A DNA stretch of 64,000 nt from Somniosus microcephalus (Eukaryota). The stretch covers positions 201,314,001 through 201,378,000 of the forward strand of contig CM126205.1 in assembly GCA_052327205.1 (NCBI GenBank). Reading direction: 5' to 3'. Below the pieces are notes generated by a model. It did not search any database and was not told the DNA's origin. It saw only the letters and a program-made list of their open reading frames with translations. A program made the position numbers and the translations under genes. The number at the start of each line of letters is the position of its first letter. Positions within the stretch are counted from its first letter, which is position 1. This document shows, piece by piece, positions 38,020 to 51,712 of this stretch.

Positions 38020-39502
38020 CAGCCAGTGGCTGAAGAGCTCCTCCCAGAGTCACAATGCGGATTCTGCCCACTAAGGGCCAAAATGGACAATTACAAGAGA
38101 AATGCAGGGAACAGCACCAACCGCTGTACATGGCCTTCTTTGATCTCACAAAGGCCTTCGACGCCGTCAACCGTGAGGGATTATGGAGTGTCCTCCTCAA
38201 ATTCGGTTGCCCTCAAAAGTTTGTCACCATCCTCCGCCTGCTTCACGACGACATGCAAGCCGTGATCCTGACCAACGGTTCCACCACAGTCCCAATTCAC
38301 GTACGAACCGGAGTCAAACACAAGGCTGTGTCATCGCACCAACGCTCTTCTCGATTTTCCTTGCTGCAATACTCCATCTCACCCTCAGTAAGCTCCCCAC
38401 TGGAGTGGAGCTAATTTACAGAACAAACGGGAAACTGTTCAACCTCTGTCGCCTCCAGTCCAGATCCAAGGTCGTCCCATCCTCTGTCATCGAATTACAG
38501 TATGCAGACGACGCTTGCGTCGGCGCTCACTCGGAGGTCGAATTCCAAACCATTCTCAACACCTTCACCGAGGCATACGAGAGCATGGGCCTTACACTAA
38601 ACATCCGTAAGACAAAGGTCCTCTACCAACCTGCCCCCGCCACACAGTACTGCCCCCCGATTATCAAAATCCACGACAAGGCCTTGGACAACGTGGACCA
38701 CTTTCCATACCTCGGGAGCCTACTTTCAACAAGGGCAGACGTCGACGATGAAATCCAACACCGCCTTCAGTGTGCCAGTGCAGCCTTCGGTCGCCTGAGG
38801 AAGAGTGTGTTTGAAGACCAGGACCTCAAACCCGGCACTAAGCTCATGGTCTACAGAGCAGCAGTGATAACTGCCCTGCTGTATGCCTCAGAGACATGGA
38901 CCATGTACAGCAGGCACCTCAAAGCACTAGAGAGGTACCACCAATGCTGCCACCGCAAGATCCTGCAAATCCATTGGCAGGATAAGCGCACCAACGTCAG
39001 TGTTCTTGCATAGGCCAACATCCCCAGCATCGAAGCTTTGACCATGCTCAATCAGCTCCGATGGACGGGTCACATTGTCCACATGCCCGATGCGAGACTC
39101 CCAAAACAAGCGCTCTACTCGGAGCTCTGGCAAGGCAAGAGAGCCCCAAGTGGGCAGAGGAAATGCTTCAAGGACACCCTCAAAGCCTCCTTGAAAAAGT
39201 GTAACATCCCCATCAACACCTGGGAATCCCTGGCCCAAGACCACACAAAGTGGAGGAGAAGCATCCAGGAAGGCGAACACCTCGAGTCTCTTCGCCGGGA
39301 GCAAGCGGAAGCCAAGCGCAAACAGCGGAAGGAGTGCACGTTAACCCAAGCACCCCACCCACCCACCCCTTCAACCACCGTCTGCCCCACCTGTGACAGA
39401 GACTGTAGGTCCCGCATTGGTCATCAGTCACCTGCGAACTCATTTTTAATGTGGAAGCAAGTCATCCTCGGTTCCGAGGGACTGCCTAAGAAGACTAAGA
39501 AG
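38020..39502 (+). mobile_element. RTE-clade LINE (BovB/Expander-like), 5'-truncated and frameshifted
   Basis: LQEKCREQHQPLYMAFFDLTKAFDAVNREGLW, ELQYADD, FPYLGS, C-terminal CPTCDRDCRSRIG zinc finger, (ctaagaag)n tail. Confidence 0.92.
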
Positions 39503-39759
39503 GTATATTACAACTGGCCTTAGCATCTCTGGATTAGGTGCGGGGTAAAAAACAAAAATCGGGCAGGGCTTCCACTCCAGATTGCTATCCAGGAACCTCT
39601 ACTGATAATACAATGTATGGGCCTGGATGAGGATTGAATCCAGTTCGGCAGTGATGCGCCGCCCACATGCTCAAATGATACTCAGGGCAGGACCCTCCAC
39701 TGAAAGGTCCTCAGTGTAACTCAAGAGGACATGAACAGGAAGTCATTCCAGTTCCAGAT

Positions 39760-40130
39760 CCTCTGGGCTGACACTCCAGCGCAGTACTGAGGGAGCACTA
39801 CACTGTCGGAGGTGCGGTTTTTCAGATTAAACGTTAAACTGAGGCCCTATCTGCCCCGAGTTGGACGTAAAAGATCCCACGGCACTATTCGAAGAAGAGC
39901 AGGGGAGTTCTCCCCGATGTCCTGGCCATTATTTATCCCACAACCAACATCACAAAAAAATAGATGATTTGGTCATTATCACATTGCTGTTTGTGAGACC
40001 TTGCTGTGCCCGAATTGGCTGCAGTGTTTTACATTACAACAGTGACTACACTTCAAAATACTTCATTGGCTGTAAAGCGCGGAGGTTGTGAAAGGCGCTA
40101 TATAAATGCAAGTTCTTTCTCTTTTATTTG
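39760..40130 (+). mobile_element. Deu-domain SINE body (SacSINE1/AmnSINE-like) with an L2-type tail
   Basis: Deu-type core gacgtaaaagatcccacggcactattcgaagaagagcaggggagttctcccc. Tail gaaaggcgctatataaatgcaagttctttc is complementary to the L2 ends at 1425 and 16450. Confidence 0.8.
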
Positions 40131-41202
40131 TACTCGAGCAACACTGGGCATTAGGAATGCCTGTGCACTGCTGGTGTCCAGTGTTGCTATGGCATACGGA
40201 GAGGGGATTTCAATTTTAATTGGCTGTATGGAGTTGAATTCCTTGCAGAATGATGAATTCCAACTCCTCAGAAACCTCCTCTTCAGCTGTCCCAGAAGCA
40301 GCTAACTCCATGGGCTGTGAAAGGCCTGCTCCAGTCATTTTTCATCCACCCCCCTCACCTTGACAGGTTCCCCGATGGAGATGGGAATCCCAGCAGCAGC
40401 CTGCCTAAACAATATGGTGATTACTCTTACCCCAGAAAATTCGCTGGAGTCAGAGGTGGGCCACTGGGGTAAATGGAACTCCCGGCTGCTGAGGAAATGC
40501 CAGGATTCCACCAATATAGAAAATTCTGGACTTAATTGTGACTTAAAACATGAAATAAGGTTAAGGTGCTGATGGGTTGCCAGTACTGTAGAACCACACA
40601 GTTATGAGCTGTTGCCTTCAGGTGAGCACAGGACTAAAAAGTGGAGAAAATTTGTGGGGGAAAATGTAAAATCAATTATTGCTCACACATATGAACTTTT
40701 AGGATTGGGAGCTATGCACAATATATTGTCGTGCAATTGCCCTAAAAAAAGGGGGGGAAATAGGTCTCCTGTACACCTGGTGGGGTGCCCTACCCAATCC
40801 AGCAAGCCTTCTTCTAAAATCATAGATAAAACTGGGCCTGATCCAAGAAATACTAATTTGGATGCTAAATGAAATTTAAACTTGTGCTGGATATCACTTC
40901 TGGTCATGCATGAATACTACATGTTGCACAAGAGATGAATTCTAACTGGTTGCCTGTGGTAAACCAATGTGTGTGTATATGTGCTATGGTTATCCTTGTA
41001 AATATTTAATTCAACATCAACCAGACATGTTAACTATTTTGCCACTATCTGACAACTTGAGATGTTCATCTATCTTTTTAACTCAGTAATATTAACTTCG
41101 TGTCATTTTATTTTACAAACTAATTTTTTTTTGTAAACAAATCCACTTTGACATAGAAGTGAATAATTAGAAAGCACAGACCTGAATTTGATCTTTTCAT
41201 AC

Positions 41203-41464
41203 CTGTGTTTTATGGGTGTTAACCAGAGAAGGAGCTGCTGCTACCATGGAACTACTGCGTGGTCTGGGTAAGTGGCTTATCTCAGGTTCAGAGGGCCTAT
41301 CAGGCTTTTCCTCCAGAATCTGTCGAAGTCTTTGTAAATAATACATCAATGCCCAGTGAATACCTTCTTCAGACCAGTGGGGCTGCAGCAGACAGCGCAA
41401 TACTGCAACATCAAAATAGGTGGCATACCGAGACTTTTGACTCAGTGGTATGGTTATTGAAGTT
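41203..41464 (-). CDS. UNC80: UNC80 coding exon: TSITIPLSQKSRYATYFDVAVLRCLLQPHWSEEG...SLVNTHKTQ
   Basis: Acceptor ctgttacag, donor gtatga, 262 nt, phase 2->0. Contains the conserved UNC80 motif ATYFDVAVLRCLLQPHWSEEG. Confidence 0.96.
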
Positions 41465-42369
41465 CTGTAACAGATATAGTTTGTATGTTATCAAACTGAG
41501 AAAAGGTGAGAAAAAAATGTTTAGAACCATATTCAAAATAAATACCACGTTAATGCGTACGTCTCTGGAACTTCATCCAAGTCCAAAGAGTAGAACAATT
41601 ATTTTATAACCTACTGTAACTCCAGCTGCACTTTCTATAATGATTTTCTTGGGCACCAGGATGTAGTATTATAAAGTAGAAACAAGGTGCACAGAGGACT
41701 GGGAAAGACAGTTAGAGTTAGAAATAATACAGAATTAGGTAGGATCATAGAAAATACAAAGATGTCTAAGTTAGGTTTGGAGTGCATGTGTGTAAATGCA
41801 CGAAGTGTGGTTAATAAGGTTGATGAGGTGCAGGTGAAAATAGCCCTGTGGTGATAACAGAGACCCGCCTCAAAAAAGAGGATTAGGTGCTTAATATTCC
41901 TGGGTACAAGGTATTCTGGAAAGATAGGACAGGAAAAAAAAGGAGGGGTAGCAGTTTTGATTAAGGAAAATATTAGTGCTAGAAAGTGAGAATGTCCTTG
42001 AAGAGTCAAAGACAGAATCTACTTGGTTGGAGTTACAAAACAATATAGAGGAGCTATTACGCTACTTGGTGTATTTTACAGACCACCAAATAGCAGGAAG
42101 GAGATAGAGGAGCAGATTTTCAGGGAAATTACTGAGGAGTGCATGAACTATAGAGAAGTGAAAATGGGAGACTTTAATTACCCCAATATTGAATGGGGCA
42201 GTGATTGTGTTAATGCCAGAGGGGGAGAGGAATTTCTGAAGTGTGTTCAGGAGAACTTTGTTGATCAATATGTTTCATAAGAACATAAGAAATAGGAGCA
42301 GGAGTAGGCCAATCGGCCCCTCGAGCCTGCTCCGCCATTCAATAAGATCATGGCTGATCTGATCCTAAC

Positions 42370-44930
42370 CGTCAATCCACTATCACAGAACCATCTCCTG
42401 AATCTAACAGAATTAGACACACGAAATAGGATCAGGCTACACGGCCCCTGGGCCCGCTCCGCTACCCACAGGGCCATGACCGATCCGAACCTAGACTCAT
42501 GTCCAAATTCCTGCCCGCTCCCCGTAACCCTTAATTCCCTTTACTTCTAGGAAACTGTCTATTTATGTTTTAAATTTATGTAATGATGTAGCTTCTATAG
42601 CTTTTTGGGGCAGCATATTCCATGGACCTACCACCCTCTGAGTGAAGTAGTTCCTCCTCATCTCAGTTTTGAAAGAGCAGCCCCTTATTCTAAGACTATG
42701 CCCCCTAGTTCTAGTTTCACCCATCATCAGGAACATCCTCCCCGCATCCACCCGATCCAACCCCTTCACAATCTTATATGTTTCAATAAGATCGCCTCTC
42801 ATTCTTCTGAACTCCAATGAGTAGAGTCCCAATCTACTCAACCTCTCCTCATATGTCCACCCCCTCATCCCCGGGATTAACCGAGTGAACCTTCTTTGTG
42901 CGGACTCGAGAGCAAGTATGTCCTTTCTTAAGTATGGACACCAAAACTGTACGCAGTATTCCAGGTGCGGTCTCACCAATACCTTGTACAACTGAAGCAA
43001 TACCTCCCTATTTTTATATTCTATCCCCCTAGCAATGAAAGCCAACATTCCATTGGCCTTCTTAATCACTTGCTGTACCTGCATACTAACCTTTTGAGTT
43101 TCGTGCACCAGGACCCCCAGATCCCTTTGTACTTCAGTACTTTCCAGTTTCTTGCCATTAAGATAATAACTTGCTCTACGATTTTTCCTGCCAAAGTGCA
43201 TAACCTCACACTTTCCAGTATTGTATTCCATCTGCTAAATCTCTGCCCACTTACTTAGCCTGTCTATGTCCCCTTGCAGGTTTTTTATGTCCTCTTCACT
43301 CACTACTTTCCCTCCCATCTTAGGATCATCTGCAAACTTTGATATGTTACACTCGGTCCCCTCCTCCAAATTATTAATATAGATTGTAAAGAGTTGGGGA
43401 CCCAGCACTGACCCCTGCGGAACACCACTAGTTACTGATTGCCAGTCTGAGAATGAACCATTTATCCCAACTCTCTGCCTTCTGTTAGATAGCCAATCCT
43501 CTATCCATGCCAGAATATTATCCCCAATCCCGTGATTTTTTATCTGAAGCAATAATCTTTTGTGTGGCACCTTGTCAAATGCCTTTTGGAAGTCTAAATA
43601 CACTACGTCCACTGGTTCCCCTTTATCCACCCTATATGTTACTTCCTCAAAGAACTCCAGCAAATTTGTCAAACATGACTTCCCCTTCATAAAACCATGC
43701 TGACTTTGTCCTATTAAATTATGATTATCCAAATGTCCTGTTACTGTCTCCTTAATAATGGACTCCAAAATTTTACCTACCACAGATGTTAGGCTAACCG
43801 GTCTATAGTTTCCAGCCTTCTGTCTACTGCCCTTTTTAAATAAGGGTGTTACATTAGCAGTTTTCCAGTCTGCCGGGACCTTTGCTGAGTCCAGGGAGTT
43901 TTGGAAAATTATTACCAATGCATCCACAATCCCTACCGCCACTTCCCTCAAGACCCTAGGATGTAAGCCATCAGGTCCAGGTGATTTATCCGCCTAGAGT
44001 CCCATTATTTTACCGAGTACAACTTCCTTAGTGATTTTGATCGTGTTTAGCTCCTCCCCTCCTTTAGCCCCCTGTTTGTCCAGTGTTGGGATATTCTTAG
44101 TGTCTTCTACTATAAAGACTGACATAAAATATTCATTCAGTGTTTTTGCCATCTCCATATTTCCCACCATTAATTTCCCGGTCTCATCCTCTAAGGGACC
44201 AACATTTACCTTAGCCACCCTTTTTCTTTTTATATAACTATAAAAACTCTTACTATCTGTTTTTATATTTTTTGCTAATTTACTTTCATAATCTATCTTC
44301 CCTTTCTTAATCAATCTTTTTGTTATTTTTTGCTGTCTTTTAAAGTTTTCCCAATCCTCTATCCTCCCACTAGATTTGGCTACCTTATATGCCCTTGTTT
44401 TTAGTCGAATACTATCCTTAATTTCTTTACTTAGCCACGGATGGCTGTCTTTTCTTTTACACCCTTTTCTTCTCAGTGGAATATATATTTTTTGGAAGTT
44501 GTAAAATAACTCCTTAAATGTACACCACTGATTATGTATCGTCTTACCCTTTAATCTATTTTCCCAATCCACTTTACTCAATTCCGCTCTCATACCTTTA
44601 TAGTCTCCTTTATTCAAGCTTAGCATGCTTGTTTGAGATCCAACCTTCTCACCCTCTAATTGAATATGGAATTCAACCATGTTATGGTCACTCATTCCAA
44701 GGGGATCCTTTACTAGGACATTTTTAATTAATCCTGTCTCGTTACACAGGACCAGATCGAAGGTTGCTTGCCCCCTGGTCGGTTCAGTTACATACTGCTC
44801 AAGAAACCCATCCCTAATACACTCAATGAACTCATCCTCAAGGCAGCCCTGCCCAATTTGATTTGTCCAATTAATATGATAGTTAAAATCCCCCATAATT
44901 ATAGATGTTCCCTTATTACAAGCCTCAACT
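42370..44930 (-). mobile_element. CR1 LINE of a distinct subfamily (partial APE + RT, few stops) with a divergent 3' tail
   Basis: ORFs 43994-44896, 43235-43951 and 42563-43231. The tail at 42370-42540 differs from the common CR1 tail. An ultra-short common tail abuts it at 42277-42368. Confidence 0.92.
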
Positions 44931-45852
44931 ATTTCCTGCCCAACGAGGAAGGAGGCATTGCTGGATCTAGTCCTGGGGGAATGAAGTGGGTAAAGTAGAG
45001 AATATCACAGTGGGGGAGCATCTCGGGAATACTGATCATAAGGTTTAGATTAGTTGTAGAAAATAACAAGAAGCAATCTAGAATAAAAATACTTATCTGG
45101 AGAAGGGCTAATTTCAGTGTATTGAGGAGGGATCTGGCCCAGGTAACTTGGAACATAAGAACATAAGAAATAGGAGCAGGAGTAGGCCATTTGGCCCTTC
45201 AAGCCTGCTCTGCCATTCAATAAGATCATGGCTGATCTTCTACCTCATCTCCACTTTCCTGCACTATCCCCATATCCCTTGAATCAAAGACTGGCAGGCA
45301 AAAATGTAATCAAGCAACAGGTGGCCTTTAAAGAGATGGGTACAGTCTAAGTACATTCCCACAGTGGGAAAGGGAGGGCAACCAAAGCCAGAGCTCCCTG
45401 GATGATGAAGGAGTTAGAGAGTAAGGTGAAGCAGAAAAAAGGGGCATATGACAGATGTCAGCTTGATAATACAAGGGAGAATCAGGCTGAATATAAAAAG
45501 TAGAGAAGTGAAAAAGGAAATAAGAGGGGTAAAGAGACTGTACGAGAATAGATTGGCAGCTAACATAAAAGGTTTTCTATAGGTATATTAACAGTAAAAG
45601 GGTTGTCAGAGGAGTAGTGGGGCCGATTAGGAAATCTATTGGTGGAGGCAGAAGGCATGGCTGAGGTACTTTGCATCAGTGTTTACCAAGGAAGAAGACT
45701 TTGCTAAAGCTACGGTAAACAAGGAGTTTGTTGGGCTACTGGATGAGATAAACATAGATAAAAAGGAGGTGCTAGAAAGGCTGAAATACTTAGTGGATAA
45801 GTAACCCGGTCCAGAGAGGATGCATCCTAGTTTGTTAACGGAAGTAAGGGTA

Positions 45853-46208
45853 CATAGGATTACATTGGATATACGGCACAGAAACAGGCCATTCGGCCCA
45901 ACCAGTCCATGCCGGTGTTTATGCTCCACTCGAGCCTCCTCCCGTCATTCCTCAGCTAACTCTATCAGCATAACCCTCTATTCCCTTCTCCCTCATATGC
46001 TTGTCTAGCCTCCCCTTAAATGCATCTATACTTTTCGCTTCAACCACTCCCTGTGGTAGCGAGTTCAACATTCTCACCACTCTTTGGGTAAAGAAGTTTC
46101 TTCTGAATTCCCCATTAGATTTCTTGGTGATTATCTTATATTGATGGCCTGTAGTTATGCTCTACCCCACAAGTGGAAACATTCTCTCTGTATCCACTCT
46201 ACCAAAAC
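45853..46208 (-). mobile_element. CR1 3' fragment (another short tail lies at 45153-45280)
   Basis: ggcacagaaacaggccattcggcccaaccagtccatgcc tail and 3' RT end in antisense, interrupting the host CR1. Confidence 0.82.
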
Positions 46209-47100
46209 CTAGAAATTGCAGAAGTGCTGGTGACTATCTTACAATCCTCTTTAGATACAGGGGTAGTGCCAGAGGACTGGAGGATTACAAATGTTGCACC
46301 CTTATTCAAAAACAGGGAGAAGAATAAACCTGGCAATTGCAGCCTGTCAGTTTAACGTCGGTGGTGGGGAAGCTTTTAGAAACAATAATCCGGTAGAAAA
46401 TGAACAGCAACTTGAACTAAAAAGTCAAATTAAAAAGCATGGGCTAAAAGAGAGCCAGCGAGGATTTGTTACGGGCCAATCATGTTTGACTAGCTTGTGT
46501 GAGGTTTTTCATGAGATAACAGAGAGAGTGGATAAGGGCATTGCTGTTGATGTTGTGTATATGGACTTTATGTGATAAGCCTATTATGTGGTAGTTTGTT
46601 AGCAAAATTGATCCCCTTGGGATAAAAGGAGTAGAAGCAGCATGGATACAAAATTGGCTTAGGGATAGAAAACAGAGAGTTGCGGTGAATGGCGGTTTCT
46701 CGGACTGGAGGGACGTATACAGTGGTGGTCTTCAGGTTTCAGTACGAAGAAACTTGGAATTGGCGGTACAGGGCACAATTTCAAAATCTGGAGATGACAC
46801 AGAACTTGGAAGTGTAGCAAACAGTAAGGAAGATAGTAGTAGACTTCAAGGAGGACATAGACAGGCTGGTGGAACAGGCAGACATATGGCAGATGAAATT
46901 CAATGCAGAAAGTGTGAGGGGATACACTTTGGTAGGAAGAATGAGGAGAGACAATACAAGTTAAATGGTGCAATTTTAAAGGGGGTGCAGGAACAGAGAG
47001 ACCTGGGGTGTTAGTGCACAAATCTTTGAAGGTGAGAGGGCAGGTTAACAAAGCAGTTAATAAAGCATATGGGATACTGGGCTTTATAAATAGAGACGTT

Positions 47101-48698
47101 GGGGGGAATTTTTAATGGGGATCAGCGAGCAGTTCAGGTCATTATGACCTTGTTAACAGCCCATTAAAAAGTATTTTGAGCTCACCTTACCATTTTACGG
47201 CGTCGCCCACAGGGTCCACGCTGCTCGGGATCACGTCAGGTAAGGAGGTCGAGAGTTGTATGAGCATTCAATCATCTTTTTACTTAACAGCTGCAAATGT
47301 GCTATAAAAGCTCCCATCTCACAGCTGTTCACTTTCCAAGCTCAGAAGCTGTTGCCTACTGCATTTGTAAGACAGATTGAGCTTTATGCAGGTTGCAAGT
47401 GTTTGGAGCAAACTCTCTATCAAGTGTCACCTCATTGGAACAACCTCTCTCACCATTGACATCGCTTCTGTCATCTCAAGTTCACCTGCCATCTATTACA
47501 TCAGCATCGGTGCCCTTGAAACTATCTCACCTTGGTCCTCAGAATCCCACCATGATCAGCCCCAACACCAGCAGCACCAACACCACCACCAACCTTCTCC
47601 GCAATCAACGGATGCTGCACAAGACAGAGGGCATCAGCACCCGACCACATTGTTGTCCTGGAAGCCAGGGATGGCCTCACCATGGCCAAATTTACTTCAC
47701 TTGACACTGTACACCCTGGCTGCCACATGATGCGCCAGGTTGGCACCACCCCACACCAACACCATAAAGCATCCCTACAATGCCCAAGCCATTGCTTTCA
47801 CACTCATCACCATTGCGAGGAGGGGGGGGGGGTCCGTTATGTCTCACCATTCACTGCAACTCACAAATGCATTTCCAAAGGTGCACACAGATCTGTCCAA
47901 GAACATACAAAGTGTTGAAAATGAAGATTTCAATGTTTGACACCACATTAACAGAAACTTTACATGAACATCAGCTAAAACACACAAGTGCCTATCCTTG
48001 TGTGTTGCTAGTTGGTATGATTGGACTAGGATGAGGGTGAGTGTGAGGGGTGGCTAGTGAGATGGGGAAGTGATAATGTAGATAGAGGTGCAAGGTGAGT
48101 TGGTGTGAGTAAGGATGTGCAGGAGTAGAGTAGGGAAGGCAGAGTGATGGGGATGTGATGAGTGGCACAGCAGGGTGACTTTGAGTGTGGCTTTGTAGTA
48201 ATGTTTTGTGATCTACTGAGATCATTGAAAGGTTTGCACCACTGCTGCCTGGTCCTCCTTACGACATCCCAGCTTGTGCCCTGCTGTGCAATGTGCAACC
48301 AGGTTGCGCTGGTCTCCTGGGGAGGTCTCTTCCGCCCATTGGAAGGGAAGAGGATCTCCGTGTGCTGTGACTCCTTCCATAAGCATATGGAGGGAGTCAT
48401 GGGAGAGCCTTGGTGCAGCCGTGCACCTCTGTGCAGTGCTCGTCAGTGTTTGCAGCACCTCAATGCTGTAGAACACTGACAGCACAACTGGCAAAATAAA
48501 TTTGCGCATGCTCCCTTTAAGGAAACCGGCTAATGACACGTCATCAGACCCGCTTCCTTCAATTGGCCGGCAAATGCACTGGGCGAGCCCAATCAACGTA
48601 AAATCATTCTACAGAGCGGGCTGGAGCCAGCAGCGGGGTAAGCACCCGCCACCGATGTCACCCACCCTGGATCCACCGAGGTACGGGAAATTGCGGTC
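47101..48698. mobile_element. Harbinger deletion derivative with a Myb/SANT-like ORF remnant (-) and a probable transposase N-terminal remnant (+)
   Basis: Interrupts CR1 at aaatagagacgtt|atagagtag. Ends ggggggaattttt...gggaaattgcggtc. Minus-strand peptides APRLSHDSLHMLMEGV and ILFPSNGRKRPPQETSATWLHIAQQ...RRTRQQWCKPFNDL. Confidence 0.8.
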
Positions 48699-51577
48699 AT
48701 AGAGTAGGAAAGCCAGAAAGTTATGCTAAACCTATATAAAACACGAGTTCAGCCCCAACTGGAGTACTGTGTCCAATTCTGGGCACCACACTTTAGGAAG
48801 GATATTAAGGTTTTGGAGAGGGTACAGAAGAGATTTACTAAAATGGCTCCAGGGATGAGGGATTACAGTTACGTGGATAGACTAGAGAAGCTGGGGTGGT
48901 TCTCCCTAGAGCAAAGAAGGCTAAGAGGAGATTTGATAGACGTGTTTAAAATCATGAAGGGTTTGGATAGAGTAAATAAAGAGAAACTGTTTCTAGGGCC
49001 TGAATGGTCGATAACCAGAGGGCACAGATTTAAGGCAAGTGGCAAAAGAACCAGAGGCAACAGGAGGGAAACATATTTTATGCAACGAGTTGTTAGGATT
49101 TGGAATGCACTGCCTGATAGGGTGGTGGAAACAGCTTCATAGTAGTGTTCAAAATGGAATTGGATAAATACATGGAGAAAAAATTGCAGGGACATGGGGA
49201 AAGAGCAGGGGAGTGGGACTAGCTGAATTGCTCTTCGAAAAAGCTGGTCTCTTATCTTTATTCTTAACTTTTAGAAGGTATTAGTCTTTGAAAGAATGTT
49301 TTCAAAAAGTGATCTTAACATAAAATATGATCAAGAACACGAACAATTTTTAAATTGAAAAACTTCGCTTTCCGTTCTTGTATGATCATATTTAATTTTT
49401 GCTACTTATTTTCGTTTTTGCAAGAAGTGGATGTCACAATGGACAATACATGCCAGAATGCTAAATGAGGTCTAAGTGTGATGAAGTTGTTATGATTAAC
49501 GATTGATAAGTTTCTAGTGAATTAATCACAAACAGTAATAAAGACATAAGAAAATATGGAACAAAACCAGATTGTTCTTTCAGCTTTGGAATCTGAGTTT
49601 TAAAAAAACTCAGACAGATGGGAAGAAAATCTGCTTTTCCTGCTAGTTCAAAGTTAAATGATTTTGAGTCTCTACGCAGCTCCTAGTGGTTACAAACTTA
49701 CACCATAATTCAAAATAAATTAGCGATATCACTGAGTGGCAATAAGGATGCTTCATGGGAACTTAAAAATGAGTTTGCAGTGCTGCAGTATGGCGTGCTC
49801 TTCTAATACTGGCTGCAAGGCATATTGTTGATGCAAAGTTGAGAGAGGTTTACTCTAGGAGTATTGGGCGCCTTTATCAGTTCTGAGGGTGCTCGTCATG
49901 AACAGCAAAAATAAATGCACCAAGAATAGACCATTTGGCCTTTTGAGCCATCTCATTCTAACAAATCATATAGAATTTACATAGTTGTGAATTCCCCAGC
50001 TTACTTAATCTACCAAGGTATATTACAGGTAAAACTTCCAAGGCAAACACTGACATTTCTATCTGGTTTCAATAGGTAAAGCAAGGAAAATTGCTAAATA
50101 TTAATAAAACACTACAACCTACAATGTTCATTCATGAATATTTGTGTTTCAGAAAATGACATTTCCATTATTTCAACAAAAATATTTGATCATTGATGTC
50201 CATTGTTTACACTTACAACCTTCAATAGTGCGAAGTTGGTCACATTCTAAAAATATTTTCTACTCTCGCACCTCACTAGTCAAAGGTAAATGTCAGGCCT
50301 AGACATCATTGCTACATGGTACTATATGTTTTACTGAAAAAATCATTAAAGTCTTTAATTCTACCAGATATTGTATCAAGCATTGGTAGTTATTGTCCAT
50401 TTAGGGGCAAAAATGCATTTTCGTATTCTATTTCCATTACCTTTATTTGAATTATATTGTCATTATTGTGAATGAAAGCACCTTAGTTTGCCAATTATAA
50501 AAATGACTTAGAGTTCACTGCCTGTCTTACATTTTTAGTTTTTTTGTAATGGCTGTCAGGATAATAAATTATTCTACTGCTAAGGAATTAAGGATGCATT
50601 TACAATGAAATTCTAGCTCTCTGCTGCTGCAGTATTTAGTATGACATACGTTCAAGGATCAGACTGTCTGAACACAATACAGAAACCATAGCAACTAAAG
50701 AATTACGTTACAGGAAAGTCAGATTCGGATTGCAGTCATTGCACCTTTACATTATTGAACTGACATAATTATTACCAGGCTATCATGTTTACCATAATTA
50801 TCAGCTCCTTCTCTGAGCGCATTAAATAATTTTCTTTCTTACAAACATAATATAATAACATTTTAAATTGATAGTATCATTACCAGTTTTATAATCATGA
50901 TTAGTTGTTGTTTCATTCTGATTAATAATTAAATCAGTATTACATTACAATGCCCATGGTATTGAAATCAAATTTAACGTGAAATTTAATAGAAAGAGTT
51001 TAAATCACAATTGAAAATTTCCCCACACAAGCTTGCTACTTATGGGAGAAAAGGAGAGAAATTAGAGAGATGCAGATCAGGGTTAGGACAGGAGGGAGCA
51101 TGAAGGGAGGTTGGCTTGGTGGGAAAGGAGAAGCGGGAGAAGCAGCTGAATGGCTGATATCAATCATAATGAGGGCGCAGGGGTTTGGAGAGAACTGCTG
51201 GGTAGAGGACAGTGATGCCGGATAGTGCTTGACATGGTCCAGCTAGATCTGGTGATGGATGATTAAACCAGTTCTGCGCCTGATAGGCTCAAGTCTGCAC
51301 CCCTTGGACTTGAGGAAGCAAAGAGTGCAGGAGTTAATTTGCACTGGGACACATTCCTGTAGCACGAGATGAATGGATGTGCATGGATGGTGGCGGAGGT
51401 CACTAAGAGGACAACGATATGTATGATCTAATAGGTAAGAGTGGAACCAAGCAAAGGGAATCCTACTGAGTTGGACAGTAGAGGAAAGTCGTTGAAGGAG
51501 GATGGTTTGGTCTACTATGTCTAAGACTGCAGAGAGGTCCAGGAAGATAAGGAGCGATAATGTACAATGGTCATAAG

Positions 51578-51712
51578 CAATGTTCCCCCTTCGTTTTTTT
51601 TGGGGTGCGCAGCCCCTTCAAATACCGTGCATGCACGGTTTTTCGCGTTGAAAAGCCGGCAAGCCGGCTGCACGGGAGGTCCTGAGTGTTGCGCAGCTTA
51701 AAGGGAACATTG
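51578..51712. mobile_element. hAT-type MITE (135 bp)
   Basis: TIRs caatgttccc / gggaacattg. 8-bp TSD gtcataag / gtcatagg. Confidence 0.85.

Larger units (their letters stand above)
41640..49250 (+). mobile_element. Old CR1 (APE-RT) fragmented by at least five later insertions
   Basis: Colinear pieces at 41760-42276, 44930-45152, 45281-45852, 46209-47100 and 48699-49250 (GVFYRPPNS, GDFNYP, LEYCVQFWAPHFRKD). Confidence 0.85.
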
